A DNA stretch of 64,000 nucleotides, taken from the NCBI GenBank assembly GCA_050953835.1, contig JBMNNH010000022.1, positions 25,502 to 89,501 of the forward strand, read 5' to 3'. Source of the DNA: Acetivibrionales bacterium. Its GTDB lineage: Bacteria; Bacillota; Clostridia; Acetivibrionales; JBMNNH01. Shown piece by piece: positions 49,214 through 57,900 of the stretch (within the stretch, counting starts at the first letter, position 1; every line of letters starts with the position of its first letter). A program made the translations under genes and the position numbers. Under the pieces are notes generated by a model. It was not told the DNA's origin. It worked only from the letters and a program-made list of their open reading frames with translations, and made no database searches.

Positions 49214-49735
49214 ATGAATAAGGACTCAAAAGTTGTAAAAAGGGTAGCGTTAAGTGGAATACTGCTTGCATTAACGGTTATAATGCTGTTCTTAGCGTCT
49301 ACATTGCCAACTAGCAGGTTATCCTTTTATGCATTGAGTTCCTTTTTTGTTTCTTTTATTATAATAGAGTTTGGTGCTAAGTACGGATTTTTTTTCTATT
49401 TCGCAGCATTAATACTTGCATTGGCCGTAATACCTGATAAAATTGGGCTTATACCTTTTGCAATTTTTTTTGGTATATATGGACTTGTTAAGTTTTATAT
49501 CGAAAAGCTAAACAGGATTATAGTTGAATATATTTTAAAAGTTGTTTTCTTCAATATATGCCTTGCAATAGGCATCATATTCATAAAAGAGTTCTTTCTG
49601 GGAAGTATAAGCATTAAGGTTCCGTTGTGGGCAATAATAGCTGCCCTGGAAATAGCTTTTATCGTTTATGATTGTGTTTACAGCCTTATTATTCAATACT
49701 ATAAATCAAGAATAAGAAAATCAATAGGAATGTAA
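49214..49735 (+). CDS. hypothetical polytopic membrane protein
   Basis: 173 aa with about 5 TM helices. The ATG at 49214 follows the J-protein stop. Confidence 0.6.
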   Translation: MNKDSKVVKRVALSGILLALTVIMLFLASTLPTSRLSFYALSSFFVSFIIIEFGAKYGFFFYFAALILALAVIPDKIGLIPFAIFFGIYGLVKFYIEKLNRIIVEYILKVVFFNICLAIGIIFIKEFFLGSISIKVPLWAIIAALEIAFIVYDCVYSLIIQYYKSRIRKSIGM

Positions 49736-49793
49736 TTGAAAAACAATTTGGTATATATTACAATAATCAGTAATAAATACTAAGGAGTTTTAA

Positions 49794-50093
49794 GTGTATC
49801 AATTAAATGAGTGCATATCTTATTCAATTGCGGTATTTATAGTGGTGCTGGTCTCTGGTCTGATTATTAACCTATTAGAAAAACATTACATATTCCAGAT
49901 ATTGGGGAGTACATTCTTTTTTATGTATACTATTTTAAAGCCGATTCCTATTATTAAAAATAATATAAACATTGATTTTAAAGATATATATTTAGCATCC
50001 CTACCTATGCTAATGGGAATATTAGCTTGCTTAATAAGCATGCTTGCGGGATTTCTGATATTCCCTTCAATAAGAAATAAATTTAAAGATTAG
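49794..50093 (+). CDS. hypothetical small membrane protein
   Basis: 99 aa with 3 predicted TM helices. The GTG start follows AAGGAG. Confidence 0.5.
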   Translation: MYQLNECISYSIAVFIVVLVSGLIINLLEKHYIFQILGSTFFFMYTILKPIPIIKNNINIDFKDIYLASLPMLMGILACLISMLAGFLIFPSIRNKFKD

Positions 50094-50202
50094 TTTCAAA
50101 TGTTAAAAATTACATAGAGGATTTGTTCTTCATCTGTAGAATATTATGTAAACAGTGGCGTAATTTTTGTTACTAAAAGATAGTTTATATAGGGAGCGAT
50201 AT

Positions 50203-51237
50203 ATGAAAAGGTTTGTTTTACTTACCATTGTGTTTGTTATTATTGCAGTGACTGGCTTACCGGTTTTTGCAACGGCGGGCAGCAGTATGCCTGTGCAGGT
50301 TAATGTAGATATTGTAGTAAACGGGAATGTAATTAACCCGGAAAGGCAGCCGGTTTCAGTAGAGGGTAGGATACTATCAGCTGCCAGGGATACTTTTGAA
50401 GACCTGGGAGTCAGGGTGGACTGGTATCCGGACTCACAAAAGATTATTATCAGCAAGGATAATTATTATATAGGTATGGAAGTTGGAAGTAATGTAGTTA
50501 ATATTAACGGTATTTATGCTACAACTGATATAGCTCCTTTACTTGTTAGGGGGACAGTAATGCTTCCTGTAAGGTTTGTGGCAGAAACCTTGAATTTGGG
50601 AGTAAAATGGGATGCAAGAAACAAGGCTGTGCTTTTAGGAGAATCCGGCATAATCAATAATAGAGATGGCAGCGCCGGAAGAAGTTGGGACAGGACACCT
50701 ATAGTTGTAATTGATGCTGGGCACGGGGGAAAATTGCCTGGCGCGGTATATAGCGGAGTGAAGGAAGCGGATTTAAACCTGGACATTGCAAAAAGATTGA
50801 ATAATTTGCTGAAGGAAGATGGGGTAAAGACCTATATGACCCGGGAGGGCGACTACCACGTAGATTTATATGCCAGGTCAGGACTTGCAAACAGTGTGAA
50901 TGCAGACTTGTTTATAAGCATTCATAATAATGCCGGAAATTCAAAGACCTCAGGCAGTATGACTCTATATTATCCGGGCAAGGGAGCTTTCACTGGAAGG
51001 GATTTTGCAATGATTGTCCAAAGGGAACTTTCGAATACATTAGGCACAAAGGATTTGGGTATTTATTCAAGGCCAAAATTAGTTGTATTGAGAACGACAA
51101 GGATGCCTGCCGTAATAGCAGAAGTAGCATACATGACAAACAGCAATGATATGTCAAAGCTTAAAACCGAAGACTTCAGGCAAAAAGCGGCTGAGGCGCT
51201 TAAAGATGGAGTAATTAAAGCATTAGAAGAAAAATAA
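50203..51237 (+). CDS. N-acetylmuramoyl-L-alanine amidase (Amidase_3) with copper-amine-oxidase-N-like stalk domain
   Basis: Signal/TM peptide, a stalk domain (VMLPVRFVAETLG-type), and a catalytic domain (VVIDAGHGG, ISIHNNA). AGGGAG precedes ATG 50203. Confidence 0.88.
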   Translation: MKRFVLLTIVFVIIAVTGLPVFATAGSSMPVQVNVDIVVNGNVINPERQPVSVEGRILSAARDTFEDLGVRVDWYPDSQKIIISKDNYYIGMEVGSNVVNINGIYATTDIAPLLVRGTVMLPVRFVAETLNLGVKWDARNKAVLLGESGIINNRDGSAGRSWDRTPIVVIDAGHGGKLPGAVYSGVKEADLNLDIAKRLNNLLKEDGVKTYMTREGDYHVDLYARSGLANSVNADLFISIHNNAGNSKTSGSMTLYYPGKGAFTGRDFAMIVQRELSNTLGTKDLGIYSRPKLVVLRTTRMPAVIAEVAYMTNSNDMSKLKTEDFRQKAAEALKDGVIKALEEK

Positions 51238-51248
51238 ATCTATTCTCT

Positions 51249-51283
51249 AAGGTGGCATGCAGGAATTGCCGCCTTATTTTTTT
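51249..51283 (+). terminator. amidase gene terminator
   Basis: AAGGTGGCA (51249-51257) pairs with TGCCGCCTT (51267-51275) with one G-U, followed by ATTTTTTT. Confidence 0.75.
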
Positions 51284-51343
51284 GACTTTTTTTTATGTAC
51301 ATTTTATAATGAAATCTATAAAGAATAAATATAAAAAGCACAG

Positions 51344-51410
51344 AGGAAGATTTCATTGAAACTCACGGGCGGAAAATGGCGAGGCTAAGGAAGAATTCAT
51401 TGAAGCTCAC
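51344..51410 (+). repeat. two 23-nt direct repeats in the DUF3842/CooT leader
   Basis: AGGAAGATTTCATTGAAACTCAC (51344-51366) and AGGAAGAATTCATTGAAGCTCAC (51388-51410) match at 21 of 23 positions with a 44-nt period. Each contains the TTCATTGAA palindrome. Confidence 0.7.
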
Positions 51411-51440
51411 AAACAGAAAATAGAGGAACGAGGTAAGCAA

Positions 51441-51866
51441 ATGAGGATAGCGGTAATTGACGGACAGGGCGGAGGTATAGGAAAAGCAATAGTGGAAAAA
51501 TTAAGGAAAGAGCTTCCGGAGGATTTGGAAATCATTGCTTTAGGTACTAATGCTTCTGCTACAGTTCCCATGCTGAAAGCAGGTGCTAATGAAGGCGCTA
51601 CAGGGGCAAATGCCATAATCTTGAATGTAGGGAAGGTAGATGTAATTGTTGGTTCCATTGGTATTATAGTAGCAAATGCTTTTATGGGAGAACTGACACC
51701 TGAAATTGCATCTGCTATATCCGGAAGCCAGGCTAAAAAAGTGTTAATACCTCTGAATAGGTGTAATATCGAAATAGTAGGTGTAAGAAATGAGCCGTTG
51801 CCTCATTATATTGATGATGCGATAAAAATAATAAAAGTATATTTAAATGGAAAGGTGGACAAGTAA
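51441..51866 (+). CDS. DUF3842 family protein
   Basis: MRIAVIDGQGGGIGKAIVEKLRKELP... is the typical N-terminus of the family. Confidence 0.75.
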   Translation: MRIAVIDGQGGGIGKAIVEKLRKELPEDLEIIALGTNASATVPMLKAGANEGATGANAIILNVGKVDVIVGSIGIIVANAFMGELTPEIASAISGSQAKKVLIPLNRCNIEIVGVRNEPLPHYIDDAIKIIKVYLNGKVDK

Positions 51867-52055
51867 ATGTGTGAAGCAAATGCGTACTTGATTGATGAAA
51901 ATGGCGAGCCGACATTGTTGTTGGAGGGTGTTGATAAACTTACGCCCCAGGATGACAAGCTGGTATTGGAAAACATATTTGGTCAGAAAAAAATAATCAA
52001 AGCAAAGATAAAAGAACTGGCGCTGGTAGAACACAAGATTTTTCTTGAGAAATAG
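51867..52055 (+). CDS. CooT family nickel-binding protein
   Basis: 62 aa beginning MCEANAYL, with the conserved Cys2. It is translationally coupled to the DUF3842 gene. Confidence 0.75.
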   Translation: MCEANAYLIDENGEPTLLLEGVDKLTPQDDKLVLENIFGQKKIIKAKIKELALVEHKIFLEK

Positions 52056-52098
52056 TTGTGTAACTGGTATTACCCCGCCCTGGGCCTGTTTAATCTGG

Positions 52099-52324
52099 GC
52101 ATATTTTCTATGTATGACCTATATTATTCCATGTACTGGTGTTGCGAGTCCAAGAGGCTGTAAATTCAACCTTTGTGTCAAATCAAACTCATCGGCATTT
52201 TGAATTAATGAATGATAGGTAAGCCGACTCAAACAGTGATTTGACCTTGCATTAGTTTTATTAGACAGCCTCTATAGCCTCTTCACAATGTCCATTCCAT
52301 ATATGGGTCATGCATAAAATATGC
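52099..52324. repeat. ~226-nt imperfect inverted repeat / long hairpin upstream of mutS2
   Basis: There are five collinear arm pairs about a centre near 52210. They are 52099-52107/52316-52324 (9 bp), 52114-52124/52301-52311 (11 bp, one G-U), 52154-52161/52265-52272 (8 bp), 52177-52185/52237-52245 (9 bp) and 52192-52195/52224-52227 (4 bp). Confidence 0.7.
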
Positions 52325-52374
52325 GCTCGTATAATCTTTTTTAAGCCTTGAGGTGGGATTTTTAATGAGGTTTT

Positions 52375-54768
52375 ATGGATAATAGAGTTTTAAAAACATT
52401 AGAATTTAATAAAATAGCAGAAAAACTGGTGGAGCTGTCATCATCAGAATTAGGTAAGGAGATATCTGCTTCTATTACGCCGCAGCAGGATTACTGTACT
52501 GTTAAGGATTTGTTGAAGGAAACAAGTGATGCCTTAGATTTCATTGTCAAGAAAGGAAGCCCCCCTTTGGGAGGAATACATGATATCAGAAGCAGTATAA
52601 AGCGGGTTGAAATGGGCGCTGTTTTAAGTCCAGCTGAGCTTTTAAAAATAGCTGACCTATTAAGAGCTGCCAGAAGATTCAGGAATTATGCCAGAGGTGC
52701 TCAATCATCAAGAGAGGCTCTGTTAGACGAAGAGAACATTGTTTATGGGATGGCTGGTTCACTGGAAGGAAACAGAGCCATTGAAGATAAGATATACTTT
52801 TCGATACTGGGAGAGGAAGAAATTGCAGACGATGCCAGCAGTACACTCAGGAGCATTAGAAGAAAGATAAAAGACATCCAGGAATCTATTAAGGATAAAC
52901 TGAACGGTGTAATAAAGTCTGCCAGGTATCAGAAATTTATCCAGGAACCAATAGTTACAATGAGAGGGGACAGATATGTAATACCGGTTAAACAGGAATA
53001 CAGGAACGAAATCAAAGGGTTAGTGCATGATTCATCGTCTAGTGGAGCTACGATATTTATTGAACCTATGGCTGTTGTAGAGGCAAATAATGATATTAAA
53101 CAGCTAAGGATTAAGGAACAGGCAGAGATAGAAAGGATACTTCAGGAACTAACCTGTGATGTAAATGGTATACTAACAAGTCTGAAAACAAATGTCTCTA
53201 TACTGGCAAGGCTGGATTTTATATTTGCAAAAGCCAGGCTAAGTTTAAAATATGATTGTGTTTGCCCTGTAATAAATAACAACCAGCATATTAGAATAAA
53301 AAAAGGAAGGCACCCGCTTCTGGACAGGGATACTGTAGTTCCTATAGACTTCTGGATTGGTGAAGGTTTTAACACAATGGTTATTACCGGGCCTAACACA
53401 GGCGGAAAAACAGTTACTCTTAAGACAGTTGGGCTTTTTACGCTTATGACACAGGCCGGACTGCATATTCCTGCTAATGATGGCACAGAAATGGGAATAT
53501 ATAATTCAGTGTTCGCAGATATAGGTGATGAACAAAGCATAGAACAGAGTTTAAGCACTTTTTCTTCACACATGGTCAATATTGTAAACATATTAAAAAA
53601 AGCAGATGAAAGGTCGCTGGTACTTTTCGATGAACTGGGAGCAGGTACAGACCCTACAGAGGGGGCTGCTTTGGCAATGTCTATACTTGAGTGCCTGCGT
53701 GAAAGAGGTACAAGCACTGTTGCTACAACGCATTACAGCGAACTGAAGATTTATGCGGTATCCACAGAGGGAGTGGAGAATGCTTCCTGTGAATTTGATG
53801 TAAAAACCCTTAAACCAACTTATAGGCTTTTGATAGGCACACCAGGGAAAAGTAATGCTTTTGCAATTTCCCATAGGCTTGGCCTGGATGAAGAAATTTT
53901 GGAAAGAGCAAGGACTTTCCTTAGCAAAGAAGATATACAGTTTGAAGATGTGCTTGTAACCATAGAGAAGAACCGCAGTGAAGCAGAGCAGGAAAAAATA
54001 AGGGCTGAAAGCTATCGAATAGAAATTGAAAGGCTAAAAAAGGAATTGGAAGGTGAGAAACAAAAATTTGACCGGCAAAAGGAAAGGATAATAAAGGAAG
54101 CAAAACAGGAAGCCAGGAAGATACTCCTTGAGACAAAGAGGGAAGCTGACACTATTTTAAGTGAAATAAAGCGTCTGGAGGAGGAGCAAATAAGTGCTGA
54201 AAAGAATCGTACCGCAGAAGAAATGAAGATGCGGTTGAGAAATAAGATAAATGAGCTTGAGGAATCCATGGTGGAACCACTCATGCCCAAAAAAGGATAT
54301 ATTAAGCCTCCCGAAGGCCTTAAACCTGGAGACAGTGTATTAATAGTGAATCTCAATCAGAAAGGTACTGTTATTACACCGCCTGGTAAAGACGGGGAAG
54401 CTGTAATACAGGCTGGAATTATGAAAATTAATGTACATGTAACAAACCTGAAATTAATAGATGAACAGAAGAAGGAAATTGACAGGGTTTCTACAGGGAG
54501 GACTGCAATGTCAAAAACCCGGAAAGTCTCTACAGAGATAGACCTGAGAGGAACAACCATCGAAGAGGCTCTGGATTATGTAGACAAATTCCTTGATGAT
54601 GCAAGTATTTCCGGACTTAATGAAGCAATAATAATTCATGGTAAAGGTACAGGGGCTTTAAGAAGCGGAATACATCGGTTTCTAAAAAGCCATGCTCATG
54701 TAAAATCATACAGACTTGGGAAATATGGAGAGGGCGAAACAGGGGTTACTATTGTTGAGATAAAATAA
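52375..54768 (+). CDS. mutS2: endonuclease MutS2
   Basis: Walker A GPNTGGKT, DELGAGTDP, a long coiled coil, and a C-terminal Smr domain (IDLRG...IIHGKGTGALR). Confidence 0.95.
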   Translation: MDNRVLKTLEFNKIAEKLVELSSSELGKEISASITPQQDYCTVKDLLKETSDALDFIVKKGSPPLGGIHDIRSSIKRVEMGAVLSPAELLKIADLLRAARRFRNYARGAQSSREALLDEENIVYGMAGSLEGNRAIEDKIYFSILGEEEIADDASSTLRSIRRKIKDIQESIKDKLNGVIKSARYQKFIQEPIVTMRGDRYVIPVKQEYRNEIKGLVHDSSSSGATIFIEPMAVVEANNDIKQLRIKEQAEIERILQELTCDVNGILTSLKTNVSILARLDFIFAKARLSLKYDCVCPVINNNQHIRIKKGRHPLLDRDTVVPIDFWIGEGFNTMVITGPNTGGKTVTLKTVGLFTLMTQAGLHIPANDGTEMGIYNSVFADIGDEQSIEQSLSTFSSHMVNIVNILKKADERSLVLFDELGAGTDPTEGAALAMSILECLRERGTSTVATTHYSELKIYAVSTEGVENASCEFDVKTLKPTYRLLIGTPGKSNAFAISHRLGLDEEILERARTFLSKEDIQFEDVLVTIEKNRSEAEQEKIRAESYRIEIERLKKELEGEKQKFDRQKERIIKEAKQEARKILLETKREADTILSEIKRLEEEQISAEKNRTAEEMKMRLRNKINELEESMVEPLMPKKGYIKPPEGLKPGDSVLIVNLNQKGTVITPPGKDGEAVIQAGIMKINVHVTNLKLIDEQKKEIDRVSTGRTAMSKTRKVSTEIDLRGTTIEEALDYVDKFLDDASISGLNEAIIIHGKGTGALRSGIHRFLKSHAHVKSYRLGKYGEGETGVTIVEIK

Positions 54769-54856
54769 AGCATGTGCAAAAGTGCATAAAAACGCACACA
54801 ATTTACCTATAAAATTGAATATAAAGTAATTATATGAAGGATAACATAATATTTTC

Positions 54857-54885
54857 TTGTATAAACAAAAAAAAACATCTATAAT
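54857..54885 (+). promoter_or_regulatory. candidate sigma-A promoter for the NRPS gene
   Basis: TTGTAT (54857-54862), a 17-nt spacer, then TATAAT (54880-54885), about 67 nt upstream of the GTG start. Confidence 0.55.
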
Positions 54886-54951
54886 GTTATTGTAAATATT
54901 CAAGTTGCCAGTTATACATGAATTATTCGTACATGGGGGCTAAGTTATACA

Positions 54952-57900
54952 GTGAATAATGAGAGGGCTTACTATCCATTAACATACCCACAGAAGGGGA
55001 TATGGTACACTGAAAAAATGTATCCTGGGACAAGCATATGTAATATTGCAGGCACAGTAAAAATTTTTGGAAAAGTAGATTGTGTACTGCTCGAAAAAGC
55101 TATAAACATTCTCATTGAAAGAAATGATTCTTTAAGGATTAGAATTACTATTCATGATGACGAACCTGCACAATACATTTCACCATACGAATATAAACAT
55201 ATTGATTTTTTCGATTTCAGTAATGATGGCCTGAACAGCATGTATAAATGGGAAGAGAAAGAAACACCCAAACCGTTTCAAATAATTGAATCCGATTTGT
55301 TTTATTTTGCCATATTGAAAATCAATAACACAGATTATAGGTTTTATATAAAGACACATCATCTGGTATCAGACGCATGGACAATGAATTCCATAGTCAA
55401 TCAGGTTATGGATAATTACACAAAACTGGTTGAAGGCAAAAGCATCAGCAGTGAAAAGAAACCATCATATATAGAATATATAAACAGGGAAAATGATTAT
55501 AAGAGTTCTAAAAAATTTATAAAGGATAAAATTTTCTGGGACAAAGTCTTCGAAGACATGCCGGAAATAAGCACATTGAAAACGCAGGATGAAAATCTGA
55601 AGTCAACTGCTGCAGAAAGAAAGCCATTTATTATTCCGGGAAATCTGGCAGCAAGAATTAATGATTTTTGTTTAAGCAATAAAATTTCTATATTTACTTT
55701 TTTTCTTTCTTTTCTTGCAGTATATATTCACAGGATTACTTTCAAAGATGATATTGTAATAGGCACTCCTGTGTTGAACAGATCGAATTACAGGGAAAAG
55801 GATATGCTGGGAATGTTTATTAGCACTATTCCCATAAGGATACAAATTGACAGCACAATGGATATTACTTCGTTTATTAAAAAATTATCAAAGGAATGGT
55901 TTGTTTTTTTAAAACACCATGAATATCCTTATGAACTTCTGATAAAAGATATTAGGAGCAAGCATAAAGGTGTAAAAAACCTGTATGATGTTATTCTTTC
56001 TTATCAGAATGCAAAACTTATAAAAGAGGGCTGTATTCATAGCTTTGAAGGAAGATGGCATTTTAGCGGATATCAGAAGGATTCACTGTATATTCATATA
56101 AATGACAGGGAAGCAGACGGAAACCTAATAATGGACTACGATTTTGTTACCCAATATTTTACTTCTGAAGATATAGAGAACATTCATAAACGGCTACTTG
56201 TTATTCTGCAGGATGCAATGGAAAACCCGCAGAAGAAGATATATGAATTGGAAATAATGGATGCTGAGGAAAAGAAGAATGTTTTATACAAGTTTAACAA
56301 CAGCGAAGCTGATTATCCAAAGGGTAAGACTATAAACCGGTTATTTGAAGAACAGGTGGAAAGAACCCCTGACTCTATTGCTGTTATATTTGAGGATAAA
56401 AGGCTTACATACAGGGAATTGAATAGTAAAGCCAATAAGCTGGCAAGAGAACTGAGAAGGATGGGAGTTGGACCTGAAAGCATAGTTGCAGTTATGCTGA
56501 GACGATCCCTGGAAATGGTTATTGGTATTATAGGTGTTTTAAAAGCTGGTGGAGCATATTTGCCGTTAGATCCTGATTATCCTGAAGAAAGGCTATCCTT
56601 TATGATGGATGATAGCAATGTGGAGGTGTTATTGACTCATTCTGATATAAAAAAAGACTTTGCATTTAAAGGCAAAAGAATTCTTATTAACCAACAGGAT
56701 ACATCTATGATTAGTGACTCAAATTTGCCAGATGTTAATGATGCCAACCATCTTATATATGTAATCTACACATCAGGTTCTACAGGGAAGCCGAAGGGGG
56801 TTATGCTGGAGCATAGATCAGTAGCTAATTTTATTAAAGGCGTAAAGGATAAAATAGATTTTTCCCCGGGGAAAACTATCTTGTCAGCAACAACAATATG
56901 CTTTGACATATTTGTCCTTGAAACTTTACTGCCGTTAACCAGCGGACTGAAAGTTGTTATTGCTAATGAAAATGAGCAGAAAATACCAAGGATGTTGAGT
57001 AAAGCGATTTTGAGAAACAATGTAACAATGTTTCAAACTACACCTTCACTAATGCAGCTATTGTTAAATGATGCAGACGGCTCTTCATGCCTTAAAAACC
57101 TCTCAGAACTCATGATAGGAGGAGAAGCATTCCCACAAAAGATGTTGGAAAGACTGAAGGAAATTACAGAAGCAAAGATATATAATATGTATGGCCCTAC
57201 TGAAACAACTGTATGGTCAACAATTAAAGATTTAACCAAGTCATGTAAAATTAGTATTGGGACGCCTATAGCTAATACACAGATTTATATTTTGGACAAA
57301 TGTTTAAATCCTGTTCCAATAGGTATTATTGGGGATATGTATATTGGTGGCGATGGTCTTGCACGAGGGTATCTGAACAGGCTCGAACTTACCAGGGACA
57401 GATTTATAGAAAACCCTTTCATTTCAGGTAAAAAGGTGTATAAAACCGGTGATGTTGCCAGATGGCTCCCTGAAGGAGAAATAGAGTGTCTAGGGAGAAG
57501 TGATAATCAAGTAAAAATACGGGGATTAAGGATTGAATTAGAAGAAATTGAAAACCATATTCTAAAGCATCCTTCAGTGAAGGAAGCCGTTGTAATAGAC
57601 AGGGAAGACAGTAAAGGGACAAAATACCTGTGTGCATATGTGGTGCTCAACAGCGAAGTTGAGCTGTCTGAGATAAGAAACTATTTAACCGGTAAACTTC
57701 CAATATATATGGTACCCTCTTACTTTATCGTAATTGATAAAATACCTTTAACTCAGAATGGTAAGGTTAACAGAAAGGTACTTCCAGAACCCAGTGTTGA
57801 TTGTTACAGAATTGATGATTATGTTCCGCCATCAAATCCTATTGAGGTTAAACTCTGTGATATGTGGTCTGAAATTCTTAATATTGATAGAATTGGCATA

